Assembly: GCF_009914755.1 (NCBI RefSeq)
Contig: NC_060925.1
Origin: the human T2T-CHM13v2.0 reference genome, Homo sapiens
Strand: one strand, 5' to 3'
Length of the DNA: 64,000 nt
How positions within the stretch are numbered: position 1 is the stretch's first letter; every line of letters begins with the position of its first letter. The notes under the pieces were generated by a model that saw nothing but the letters and a program-made list of their open reading frames with translations, had not been told where the DNA came from and did no database searches. The position numbers and the translations under genes are program-made. Below are positions 1 to 14,275 of the stretch, piece by piece.

Positions 1-689
1 TGGATTCTGGGCAGAGAAAAGGACTCCTGCTGGGTGGCCCCCTTTTCTCTTTCCTTACATGTAAATTTTACCCACTTAGCCCCTCAATTGGAACAAGATG
101 AGGATTTGTTTGGTTTGCAATTAACAGCTGAGTGAAACCTTCTAGAACTGCAGGCTTTGGGGACACACATTTCCCACCAGGCCTCCACTCCCTTTGTCCT
201 TTCTGCTAAACACTGCTAACCCATACACCTGCTGAGAAATCAGACTCCCCATAAGGTCTATTTCAAAACCACGACCTAATTTGTTTTTGAACTTCAAAAT
301 GATAATATGTAATAGTAAAATGGATTTTTGTTTATAGAGAAGTATTTGAAGAGCCTAGGGACACATCCATGATAAAAGTGCACCGTTTGCTAATTAATAC
401 ATGTCCCAATTTGAGCTCCAGCAGAGAATTTGTATATTTAGTCTGAAGAAAACTCATTTGCCAAAATCTGATCATTTATTCCAGAGTGCACTCACAGTGA
501 CTCCACAGTATTAGACTTGTGTAAAGCTGTTTACCACTCATAGATATTTAAGACTTTTAAAAAATATATACAGTAAATGCCTCATTATTGAGGGGGAAAT
601 AAAAACAATCAAATTTATGAAAGAACCACTAAACAGTGTCATACAGGTGGGACAGGACTGTAGAAAGGGCTGGGCAACCGAAGAACACC

Positions 690-830
690 CAGACTGTAGC
701 TGCTGCTCTACCACTGACGAGCTGTGTGATCTTGGGCAAGTCCCACAGTAGTTTTGATTGTCTACTTCTGTAAAATTGATTAGTTCCACCAATTTGTCTC
801 TGAGCTCTTTTCTAGTTCTAACAATCTAAA
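690..830 (+). mobile_element. MIR/MIR3 SINE fragment
   Basis: Core-like gagctgtgtgatcttgggcaagtc...tctgtaaaat and MIR3-like end tctagttctaacaatcta. Confidence 0.6.
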
Positions 831-2669
831 AAGTTTTTGGAAAGCTTTAAAAAACTAAAGCAATAGTATAATTGGACAGCAGAGTGGAAGGAGGCCTGAT
901 TGACTGGCTCCCCAGTTAGTCTATATTTGTGGAGTCATCGTGTATTAGAAGTTCATTTTCCTTTTTTGTTTCTCTGCCTTTCTCTCCCACCATCCCACTT
1001 TCACACAGAGTAGACCTGGTTGTAGGGACCTCTCGCTTGCTCCATTGTTCGTTTCAGTGGTCTGGAGAGTGGAGAAATCAGACACCAGGACTTGGGAATT
1101 AGAAGGAGTAGGATAAACATCAGACCTCATGGCCTGTTTCTGTCTGAAACTATTCATGGTAGGGGACTCAGGATGAAGTGCTGCTTGACTGACCACCCAG
1201 CCTTCATAGCATTGATTTTAGGAGCCAAACCCACTGATCCATAGTGCACTTTCTCTCAGGACCTCAGGGTGTGAGTGTCTCTGATTTTAGAAAGCAATGA
1301 CATTCCTGAGGCCCCTGGCCCAGAACCATCTTAATTCTGTTCAGTCTTACCATGACTTTTAAGAGAAAGGAGTTAGTTGGAAGCGCCAGGCTGACTTAAT
1401 TTCTGCCAAACTTGGGTTCAAATTTCCCGGGTTCACCTCACTGTGCCTTTAAAACCTAAGCAGGGAAAAAAGTCTAATTAGACTCCCAGCTTTCTTCACA
1501 GGGGCAGTCTAAAGCCTTTATCCATAAGTATGTCCTCCACGGACAAATACTGGGCCCCAAGGAAGGAGGAAGAACGTGTTTGTGGGCACGTCTGGCTCAG
1601 ATTAAGCTGTAGGTAGTATGGGCCTTGGAGCAGCGGGAGGCACTCTGTGTTGGGTAGGTGTAGTTTTCCGACAGCATCAGCATGGTGATCTCCATTTCTC
1701 ATCGAAATCCACCTTACCTGAAATAGGTCTGAATAGGTCCACTCTTCCAGCCTCTTCACTCCTGTGCTTGCCCTGTATCACCTGCTTCCTGCCTAGAATG
1801 AGAAACAGTGCTTCTGTTTTCCTTCCATCCACCAGGAGGGTTTGCCATAGAAATCATTTGAACCATTGGGAAACTCAGCCAAGTGGCACCACATGTGGCA
1901 GAATCTGTGCCTGTTTTTCTGCACAGTGGGGGTTTATACTTTTAGGGGGACTCCTGCCTGAGGCCCAACTTTCTCCCTCATGAAGCTGATATTTGGCAGG
2001 GAGAAGCAAACAAACACTTAAATGGTCAACCAAATTTCAGCTTGTATTAATTATATAATTCAGAGATTTTTTTTTTTTGGCTTAAATATAGCATCATGAA
2101 TACACAGCTGCAGAGACTGTGCCAAACAGCTCAGCCAGCTGTACACACTGCCATCAGCGGAAAACCGTTTTTCTTTTCTCCTGCTTGAGGTGTTATCATC
2201 GGGAGCCATGTGGATACTCCCTGGGCCAAGCAGCCGTCCCTTCAGCACCTTCACAAAAGCAGCCGTGGAGGATGGGCTCTGCCTGTGCAAGGCCTCCCTG
2301 TGGAAGCTGGGTGTGCAGGCCGGGGTTGGGGGCAGAAGAGGGGGAAGGGGGGCGTGTAGCAAAGTCTATTGTGTTGATCCCTCAGAGAGTAACTCTGAGA
2401 AATGAGATGCTATGTCCCTGGGCCAGGGCTACACCAAGAACATTATACCTGGGATAGACACTGTTTTTACATCCTAGTCAGAATCATGAAAAATGTGCTT
2501 CAGTTATGGCAGGACTCTGGCTGGGAACAAGTTCCCAGCTGCCTCTGTTGCTCTCCTGGAGAACTTTGAACTCCATAAAGGGAGGGGTCCAAGATATGTG
2601 CAATAGCCATAGAAAATATATTATAAACCTGAAATAATTAAAGAACAATACCAGGAAGTAAATGATCAT

Positions 2670-3212
2670 ACTATGCCTATACCTAAAACCCTCTGGGTTC
2701 CCTGTTGTGTAAAGAATGAATTTCCAATCTCATCACACAAGTATCTTCACCATAAGACCCCAACCCTTCTTTGTAGCCTTATCTCCTGTCTCCATACCCT
2801 GTATGCGACTCTCTGTCCACCAAAAATTACTTGCTACTTTCTAGACAAGACAAGCACTCAAATGCTTGTTTGTTTTCGTGTGCACGTTCCTCCCTCCCAG
2901 CAAGAATGCCTGATTCTTTCTTCTCCACTTCATGGACATCCACTCATCCTCCTGTTATGACTCCAGTGTGATCTTCTCTTGCTCAGCCCTGACTGACTTC
3001 CCTGGACAGAGCTGGCCTCCCGCTCCTCTGAATCCCCCTGCACTGTCTCACTGTTTCACATCACTTTGCACATCCCCACCAAGGTGTTCTGCTGGCTTCT
3101 CTCCCAGTGGACTCTCAACTCTGCAGGAAGTAGGGACCACCTTGGAAAATGCCCAGCACCTAGGTCAGTGCTTGCCACAAGTAGGTGCTCAATGAATGTG
3201 GGTTGAGTTATT
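2670..3212 (+). mobile_element. L2 LINE 3' fragment
   Basis: Ends in cagtgcttgccacaagtaggtgctcaatgaatg, the L2 3' terminus; pyrimidine-rich body. Confidence 0.7.
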
Positions 3213-3228
3213 TGAAAAATGTTTTTTA

Positions 3229-3437
3229 GGTTTGGTGCAGTGGCTCACGCCTGTAATCCTAGCACTTTGGAAGACTAAGGCAAGAGGCTAGCTTGAGCTG
3301 GGGAGGTCTAGCTCAAGGGCAGGGCAAGGCTAGCCAGGGCAACAGAGTGAGACCTAACCTCTGATTTTGGAAAGCAATGACATTCTTGACATTCCTGAGT
3401 TCCTGACCTCACCTCTACAAAAAATAATAAAAAAAAC
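3229..3437 (+). mobile_element. Old Alu left monomer (FLAM/AluJ-like), internally rearranged
   Basis: ggtgcagtggctcacgcctgtaatcctagcactttgg start, gggcaacagagtgagacc, ctctacaaaaaataa tail; foreign insert at about 3359-3409. Confidence 0.85.
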
Positions 3438-3439
3438 AT

Positions 3440-3955
3440 TAAAAATAAAAGTTTTTAAAATGTAAAACTGTATACATGCTCAGCAGAAAAACTGAAACAA
3501 TACAGAATGTATAACATAGAAAGTGAAAAGTTCCCTGGCATCCTTGTGCATTTATATGTCTAGGTGCACACACACTCTTACACACACACACGCACACACA
3601 CGTGTGCACACACATGCACATGTGTACACACACGCACAAGTGCACACACGTGCATGCACACACACGCCCAGGTGCGCACACACCCACACGCACACACACA
3701 GCACGCACACGTGCGCGCACACGCGCACACACACGCACGCGCAGACCTGCACATGCACCCAGACGTGCACGCACATGCACACACCCACACACACGCACGC
3801 ACACACGCACACACACGCTTTTTAAAAAACAGAAATGGCTCGGAAAGCGCATGTTGTTTTTAACTCTTGAAGTCATCAAGATGTTAGAAAAATCTTTCCA
3901 TGTCAATACTTGCACGTGTGCATACTTCTTACCAAGCATATAGTATTCATTTTCA
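3440..3955 (-). mobile_element. Ancient L1 (L1ME-like) 3' end split by a microsatellite
   Basis: Reverse strand reads tttcactttctatgttatacattctgtattgtttcagtttttctgctgagcatgtatac, typical of an L1ME 3' end. Confidence 0.55.
3564..3818. repeat. Long degenerate (CA)n/(CG) alternating purine-pyrimidine microsatellite
   Basis: About 255 bp of cacacg/tgcaca/cgcgca units; source of the HT/CV-repeat ORFs. Confidence 0.95.
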
Positions 3956-4019
3956 TATTAATGAGGCTAAAACTGTAGCCACAATGTGTTCTAGAATCGC
4001 AAAGGGTCCAGAGGTCACC

Positions 4020-4460
4020 AGGGAATAGCCAGAGAAAACTCGAGAAGATGGGATTTGAGTTTGTCCCAGAAGGATGGTGAGAATATGGATTTTTGGAGAG
4101 GGGCAAGGTGTGAGTGGGGGCAAGTAGCTTCCCAAATGGAGGCAGTAAAGGGAAAGTCATGAGTAGTGCATTTGGGGTGGCAAGTAGATGGCAGCCCATG
4201 TTAGAAGGTTAGCAGTGAGCAGCAGTGAGATATCAGGTGTGAAGATAAATTGGGCATGAATTGAAGGGGATAAATTGGATGCTTGAGGGTTTGGATTTAT
4301 CATGCAGATGATGGTGGTGGAATAAGGGATGGCCTGATGAAATAGTGAGTCAGGAATTTTGTTCCGTAGTTCTTGATGTGCAGTGTGGACTGGGAAAGAA
4401 GAAAATAGAGACAGAAAGCTCAGGCTGAAGCCTCTGGTGTTACTCAGCGGTGACAGGGAA
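4020..4460 (-). mobile_element. L2 fragment
   Basis: Purine-rich antisense L2 pattern (gatttgagtttgtcccagaaggatgg...ggtttggatttatcatgcagatgatgg). Confidence 0.5.
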
Positions 4461-6704
4461 GAGAGAAAGGGGAGGTCATGAATTTTTGTTGAACTCCAGC
4501 TCTGTGCCCTTACAGTGTAGACAACTCACCTTATTATGCCAGTCCCTCCTCCCACCGACACGGTGAGAAGGCTGTTACCAGTAACATCTTACAGATGAGG
4601 ATGCAGAAGAGGCTCAGATCCCTGTGTATATGGCCTGAAGTCAATGGTTTTGAACTTGGAGTCCACATCTGTTTAGCTTCAAAGCTTGCGGTCTTTTCAC
4701 TCTGCTATGCTGTCCTGTGGGCTGGTGAGGAACTGTGGAAAGCAGTGGAAGAGAAGAAGGGAGAGATGAGGATGATGGTATCAAAGTCGAGGGCATGTGG
4801 GGACTCACAAAAGGAGGATTTAGAGTGGCCCAAGGGTTCATGAGGGACCCATAGTGGAGACTCTTTGACTAAAACATTCTGCCTTTGAAATTCTCCTTAC
4901 CAGGACTCTATATTTTGGTGTCATGCTTTTGAAAGCAGTGACTTCTGGAGGGAGTTTTATTGATCTAATCACTCAAGATACAGGCTCTCGAAAAATCTAT
5001 TTTATACCCCCTGCCCTCTCCCACCCACCCAAATTATACTACATTTTCCTCTTTATGACACTCTCTATGAAAATTCCTCGCTTCTAGTGCCACAGACCGA
5101 AATACGACATTTGCTCTAACAGCATTTTACTTGAAATTGTGTTTGGCAAAATGTCTCTTTGCGGTGCCTGGAGTTATCCCGGTCTTTTGAGGAAGGCACG
5201 AGAATGACAGGCTCATGGACATGCATTCGGAAGTAGGAAATGGTTAGGGTCCTCCTCCCTGCTCCCTTAACCTGGAACAAAATCTCCAATAACATTTAAA
5301 GCCGAAGGATCATCTCCAGCACTTCATTTCACTGAACTTCTTTTGTTCAACTTTGCCTGCATCTAGCGTTCACACCTCTAGAGGGCACTGTTTGCCTTGA
5401 AATGAAAGTTCTTTAAGTTTCAATCACCTTTTCCCTCTGGGGTCTATTGTTTTTGCTCTACAGTACTTCGTTTTCTTCCAGAAGGGTTTTCTTTCCTTTT
5501 GTGCCCGTGTATTTGTGGGAGCGTGCGTTTCTCCTTTAAAAGTGAATTTAGTGCGTATGAACATGGCAGATAATTACTCTGACCAAAGCCTCTCATGTCT
5601 GGGCAGGTCTTTTGAAAGCTTTCTTCTCCCATACATTCTTCCGGTGCCCCTCAGTCTGACCCAGGGTGCACCTCCCCCAACCCCAATTATTTCAGTCTGG
5701 GGGTCACCGTCACAGCTCTGCCAATGCATCTCAATCCTGCCTCACAGCTGCCTGGGCTGCTTCAGCCAGGGCTCCCTACTCAGGGCAACTGAGCCTTGAT
5801 TTATGACATCCCTTTCCACAGGTCATGGTCTCTCCTCGGGCAAGACTGCTGATCATGCCACATTTTCAGATTGGCTCTGCACTGCAAACTAATGTCTGGA
5901 AGGACAATAATTTGGCCCTGAAACCCATTTCAACTGTGACCTCCCTCATTCAGTCTGCTCTCTGGACATGAAGGACACCAGGGTGCCCCTTTATGCAGAG
6001 AAGGTGGGTGGGTAAGTATTGCTTCCTACTGCCTCTGTGAAATGTAGACACACACACGCACACACTCCTCAGGCCTCATGTCTGTGCAGTGTAGAAGCAC
6101 TTCAGGAGCTCTGAGCCTAGTTGAGGGTCAGGGCCCACCTGAGCATCCCTATTCTTTCTCCACTCTGTTCCAAGGGCCTAGCAGTTCTCACTTTTCATGC
6201 TGCACACACAAGGGATGAAAGCATGTGTCCTCAGGGGTGGAAATTAACATCAGTGCGTGCTGGGGAGGGTGTAGTTCAGGACCAGAGAGGTGGATGGATG
6301 TGGAGGTACCAGGTGGAATTACCAGGCATTCCTCAGTGAGATAGAGGGGACCCATGGAATGGCTTTAGGAGGAGATGGAAATAACCATTAACTTGACTGT
6401 GATCTCATGTGGAGAGGGCTTCAGCAGCCATCAGTGAGGGCATCCTCTGAGCAACAGCATGTGAAGCTGCAGAATTTATTTTTGTGGACTTCTTTCACCT
6501 TCCTCTTGTTTTTCCTTCCCTCCACAATGTTCTCCTCTCTTCTGGGTACTCTGTCCCACTCTGCCAAGAGGAAGTCCTGTAATCATAGGATGCCAATGCT
6601 AGAAGGGATCACTTTGTCTAGACAAAGATCATTTTGTCTTAATATCTCCATTTTAGAGTTGAAGAATAGGAACTCATCCGCACTGAGGATGTAATGATGA
6701 TAAT

Positions 6705-7170
6705 TATAGTAATAATGTAGCTATGCTTTTTAATGCTCTGGACACAGTTTTAAATGTATGAATGCATTTAATCCTTAGGATAATCCTGATAATATTATGA
6801 CATCGTTTCATAAATTTGAAAACTCATGTACAGAGCAGTTACTTTTTCTAAGTTAACAGAGTTAGTGAGTGGCAGAGCAGAGTCCAATCTAAGCTGTCAG
6901 GCTCTACATGTCATATTTAAGTATATATGCTCAAAAAGTGCATGATTCATTGATTGTGTACTATGTGTCAGGTACTTTACATGTATTATCTAAAATTTTT
7001 GTTAAAACTGTGCTGTAAATCTAATATTCCCATTATATAGATAAATAATTTAATTCTTAGAAATATTAAATAACTTGCCGCTAGCCATATAGCCCATAGG
7101 TGGCCAAGCTGGGATTTGAACTGGGTGTGTTAGGCTCCAAAGTCTGGGTTTGTTTCCTTTATTACATGGT
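6705..7170 (-). mobile_element. Two tandem MIR SINEs
   Basis: Two antisense MIR copies (about 6705-6910 and 6945-7170) with catttaatcct, agttagtgagtggcagagc and gctgggatttgaact. Confidence 0.7.
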
Positions 7171-8044
7171 TCACTCAAGTGACTTAATGCTATTCCAGGA
7201 ATATTTGCATGTTAAGAACAAGACAGGAGGAAAAGACTACACTTAACCAGGAACATTATTCTGGGCTAGAGATTGCAGAAATAAAGGAGTTAGGGAACAT
7301 TAAACCATGTTGGTACTTTGTAAAACATACAAACATCCTTAGACACGTGTCTGCTCAGCACTGCTTTGCAGAGGAAACACAGAGTGTTGGGGAGCACACT
7401 GGACATACAGGCAGAAAAGCTGGGTTTGGCAAAGCGCTCCACCAGCTGTGGGCAATTTTGTACCACTATACTTAACTCTTATGGGACTCAACTTCCTCAT
7501 CTGTAAAATGGAAATGATAAGGCCAGCTCTAACATTTTCATAATAATATTGTAAATTATAAAGCCAATACATACTATTTATTTCTATTTCTTGTGAACTG
7601 GGAATTGAGACCTACAGCCCACAAGAGGTCAGCAGTCTCCCCTCTACTCAATGTGAGGAGGAGGAGGATTGAAGGTCAGGACAATGCGGAGAGTCTTTTT
7701 TTTTTGGCCATAATGGGCAGCCAGTTGACTCAGGCCTTATGAGTGGGCTGGCTAGGGCAGACATTATCTGCTGTCATCCAAGCACTCCTCTCCAGCTTTA
7801 GAACAGAACAGCACAGGAGTCATTGCTTTGCCCCAACTCTGGACAAGGAGGAAGGAGGAGAAGATGGCCCATTAGGTGATAAAGGGAGACTATGGGAGGC
7901 ATGCACCCCTCTACCTTCCAGAAATGAAAACATACGCCTTGAAACAAGATATAATAAGATTATCCATGTATTGTAACACATAAATTAGAATTTTTGTTTG
8001 TTCTGTAACAGTCCAAAAAGTGCAGTTTTAAAATCAAGATCAGA

Positions 8045-8434
<390 letters not shown>

Positions 8435-9794
8435 TTATTGGGTCATTATTACACAGTTGTGTTACTTTTAAATGAGAAACACATTTAGAAATTGTTTCTA
8501 GAAACTCATAGAGAAACCTGAAATTTCTTGTAAAGCTTCTTGCTTGCTTGTGGAAGGTTCTCTTGCTAACATATCCCTGGAAACTGTATCCTTGACAAGT
8601 GCTCAGTCACGATGTGTGTGGAGTGGGGAAGGTGGGGAGACAGGAGCTAAGCTGAATGCATACTGCTGCAGGGGTGGGGCAGGTAAATGAAGTACTACAT
8701 GTCGACTTGCTTGGAAAACTATAAATCTCTGATACTGTTATTAAAATGTAGAAATTCTTTACTTGAGTGGGAGTGGTAGAGAGATTTCCTTGCCCAGCTC
8801 TGAATCCATTCCATCAATATGCATTTGTAGAGGATCAAGGAATGAAAGAATGTTCTTCCTCTCTATAGCCACTACATTTCCTAGAGCCCAGCAAGGTGTC
8901 CGTCACAGGAGGCCATCCAAATTTGTTGAATGCATGTGCTCAGGAAGTATCTTGTCATCACTTTCTCAGATATACAAATAAGAAACCCTTTTTACCCTCT
9001 ACTCTTCATCATGACATCAGGAAGTAATAACTAAACAAAGTGGTCTCACCTAGCCATGACACTCTGTGTGTGTGTAGATAGGGCAGAAATACACAACATA
9101 CTCCCTGGCTCTAAACCAGCCTCTATCTTGAATTTGTACTGTGTCTTTGGCAACACTTGAGTGTGTTTCCATCTTTAAAAACATCAGAGATCACATGTCT
9201 TGATTTTTTTAAAAAAATTAGCTAGACTTGAGTTTGAAGAAGGACATTGAATAACGGATACCTCACATTAAGAATGATTAGGTTTAGTCTCAGATCTTTC
9301 CCAAGTAATTCTATCTTTTTTGACCCTTGTAACAAGGCAAAAATAAGACAAAATCAAAACGAAACAGGCAATAGGAGACGATATAAGTACCACTGAGGAC
9401 AAGCATACATTCTCCATGTTTTCCCACCTAAATGCCTTTACTCATGCCGTGATGTCTGTCTGGGGCACCATTCTCTTATCTTTCGTTGGGTGAAATTCTC
9501 TATATTCAGAAGGACCAGCACCACATGTGGCACCTCTGCCAAGAAACTAGGCTTGACTCATTATGTCTTTTCTTCCCCCTAAACTGTTGCATTTGGCTGT
9601 GTCTTTTTTATGATGTTTACCACACACTTGTGTAGGTTTAGTGTTTTGGGCACATATCCTATATATCCTGATAAATTGTAATTTTTTTTAAGCAATAGGC
9701 ATATTTTCTTGATTTTTCTCTTTATTTTCATACTTCATACACTGAAAATGCTAAATTGAATGTTGTTGAATACATAAATTAATGGAAGAGTAGA

Positions 9795-10120
<326 letters not shown>

Positions 10121-10279
10121 TCAGGTGGTGTATAAACATGAACAGCTTTCTCTCTGAGCTGATATGTAAAGTTGAGGTAGAATGCTTCACTGAGCACCAG
10201 GCAAAATGAAACTGAATGTTCTTCAGCCACTCAAGGCAAGCTGTGAACTTCCCATTATCCTCCCTAAAGCCCAACTATC

Positions 10280-11900
10280 TGCTTATATATGCCTGTCCTC
10301 TCTTGCTAGTTAAGGAAATCTCTCCACCAATTCTCCCTTTTCTCTTCTACAGCATCAAATTTCCCCTTTTTTACTAGACAATTACCGTTCACATACAAGC
10401 ATGCTATAATTTTCCCCATGTTTTTTAAAAAAGGAGAAAAAAAGAAAGCTTCCTGAGCCACTATTTCTCTCCAGTTACTGTCTCATATCTCTGTTGCCCA
10501 TGACCACAAAACTTGCTGAAATGTTTCTCTCTACCCCCATTATCGATACATTGTACTTCTTTTACACCAGCTCCAATCAGGCATTTGCCTCCACTTCTTT
10601 ACCAAAGTGCTGTTGCTAAGCTCACCCATGACCTCCCTGTTGTGAAGTTCAGTGGTCCATTCCTAGCCCTCATCTCTCTTTCTCCACCAGCAGCATTTGG
10701 CACAGATGATCAGTCTCATTACTTTACTTGGCTTCTGCAGTGCCATACTCCTAATTTACTGGTTTACTTCCTAATTCATTGACAATTCCTTCTTTTGTAC
10801 CCTTTGCCGATTCTCCCTCATAGATCCTTAAACTCTAGTATGACTCTGTGGCATAATGCTCAGACTTCTTTTCTTCTCTATCTCTTATCACTTGCTGTGT
10901 GGTGCCTCCAGCCTCATGACTTTAAACATCATCTATGCTAAGGATTACCAAATAGATCATTCTGATCTTGACTTCTCCCCTGAGTCCAGCTGCCTAGTCA
11001 TCGTTTAATCTTGGATGTTTTGAGATGTCTTTAGGCATTTCAAACTTAACATGTCTCAAACCTCACTGTTGATCATGATCATTCCTTCACACTTGTTTAT
11101 TTTCCCTTGTTTTTCCCATTTTAATAACCAGTAATTTCATTCTTATGTTTTCTAAGAGTAAAAACTTTAGTGCCATTGTTGAATTTTAATAAATATCTCA
11201 TAACAAATTCACCATCCAATCTTACCAGCTCTACCTTCTAAGTTTACACAGACTCTAGCCTTTGCTCCTCACCTTTATGTTGATCCTCCTGGTTTAAGGA
11301 CACCCTAATTTATGGCCTCGTTGCTTTTACCCTTGACCCCCGCTATACTCTGTTCTCTGGCTAGCCACCAGAAGTATCCTTTTAAAAGCACAAATCAGAT
11401 CTTATAATTCTTCTGTCAGTGGTTTTTCATCTCAGAATAAAAGCCAATGTTCTTATAATAACCTATCAAGCGGCCAGCCACATTAACCCTCTTATGGTTT
11501 CTCCAGGGGACCAGAATAGTCCTGCTGCAAGGCCTTTGTACCTGCTGTTCCCTCTGCCTGGAATGAACTTTCTCTGGGTTTCCACGCAGCTCACTCATTC
11601 ACTTCTGTCAGGTCTCGTTGCAAATGTCATCTTATCAAGGACACTGTTCCTAAACACTCTGTTTAAAATAGTACTTCCTCTGCCTCTTTCTCTGATTTTA
11701 TTTTCCCTGCTACCATATATTATCACCTGACATCCTATGTATTTTACATATTAACTGTTTATTGCCTGTTTACCCATTGCTAGAATCTAAATCTTTTAAA
11801 AGTGAAATTGTCTTTTTTTCCTCACTGTCTCGTCCTTAGTGCCTACATACAGTGCCTGCCATAAAGATGGTGCTGAAGAAATATTCGTTGGTGTTTAATA
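10280..11900 (+). mobile_element. Long L2 (L2a-like) 3' portion
   Basis: Continuous L2 motifs (ctcatgactttaaacatcatctatgct, ttcaaacttaacatgtctcaaac, ctgttccctctgcctggaatg) ending in cagtgcctgccata...aaatattcgttg. Confidence 0.85.
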
Positions 11901-12015
11901 AACAAAGCAACAATACTAATCAATTTCTACAATTTTTAAGTCTCATACCTTTTTCTTTAGGGATGTGGGAGACAGTGGTCATGAAGGGAGAGGCTTATTA
12001 AAAAGTTGACAATGG

Positions 12016-12356
<341 letters not shown>

Positions 12357-13884
12357 TTAAGTAAAATTCCACAAAAAGAATCATCATGCATGGTTCTAAA
12401 GTAACAGAAAGAATTCTTTTTCAAGACTTGGTATCTCACTTCTCACAGGTTTGCTCTACTCTAAATAACATGCCTAAACACTAGGGACCCATCTTCCACA
12501 TCAGAATAATATGATTCTGCCAGTGTGTGGGATTTGGGAACTAGTGGGGAACAATTCATTTTCGGAAGAGAAGATGATCAATACATTGAGACATTAAAGC
12601 AAATGTTGTTCATTTATACATTGTACTAACCAGTCTTGAGTGCTTATGGGGTATCTTTCTTGGGACTCTGGTTAATGGTGTGAGGAGCAAAGAAAATACA
12701 GACCCTGATCTGCTTCTGTCTTCGTGTAGGCTGATCCCTGTGAAGAAGTCATGGGGGAAGGCTGGCCCAAGGTGTGTGGGTGGAGAGCGAGACAAGAAAA
12801 TGGGAGCAGTCATGAAGCAGTGTCCTGAAATGTCTTGCCTTCCAAGGCCTTGGGGTTTCTGCCAAAATGTGGGTTTTGTAGGGAGGTAAGCAGCTCCAAA
12901 CCTGGAAGGACATGTGGTTGAAATTATAGAAAAAAGACAAAATTATAAAGGAAGCTACTGGATGAAAGGCTGGAGTAATTTTTGTGGGGAGTAGTGAGCC
13001 CCTGTGTATACGAACATCCATGTTGATTCTCATTTATCAGAGTAAGTGCTTGCCTGGCCACATGGTTAGACTGCTCTAACAAACTGTGCCAGATGTTACC
13101 AATAAAAGAGAGTCCTTCTTTTTACATACCATTATTGGCATAATATTTTCTGTTCCCAACTCTTGTGGAGTCACTGTTGACAGCTTGATGAACTAAGGAC
13201 TCACTCTCGGTTTGACTGTGTTTCAATCATGAAAGCCCAAGACTGAAAGCAGAGTTAATAAGAGCTAACTACCTGTCTTGACAGAAAAACATAATATTAG
13301 TACCTCAGGTAGGACATCCCAAGAAAAAAACGGTTTCACGTAAGAAAGTTCCCAGAGGCAGCTGTATAAAGCCCTATTGGTGGGCTTCTAGGTTCAGGAT
13401 ATGTGAGATGTGGATCATACATTCCCTATTGCAGATTGTGTAAGGGAGGGAAGACAGGGAAGATGGAGCAGGGAAGCTAATGACACTATCAATGTGAAAC
13501 ATGGACTAGACCACCTCCAAGTACCTGGCCACTTGTAGATATTAATTGTCATTGTAATAATAATGATAAAATGTAATGACCGCCATTTATTTGGTGACTA
13601 CGTTTTGCGAGCCACGTATTTATATATTATATAAGCATAATAAATATATATATTGGTAGTTTTTGCAAGAGCCTATGAGACAGGTATCAGTTACCCCTCC
13701 ATTTTTCCTTACTGTATTCATGGCCCACTCTCTCAATTCTTCCCCCTTTTTCTGAAGGGGGAAAGTTCTCTTCAGACATTTTGAACCTCCATCTTGTCCT
13801 TCCCATCTCCAGAAGATGCTGGCCTCATACTGACTGAGTGCTTTGAGGTAAGAGCTACGAAAGCTTTATTCATTAAGGACTTTA

Positions 13885-14275
<391 letters not shown>

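Noticed and set aside
2341-2357. ggggggcgtgt matches the reverse of the AluY insert at 42082-42092
   Set aside because: An 11-bp low-complexity match 40 kb away; compatible with chance.
3439-3943. Overlapping His/Thr and Cys/Val-rich ORFs
   Set aside because: Translations of the (CA)n tract.
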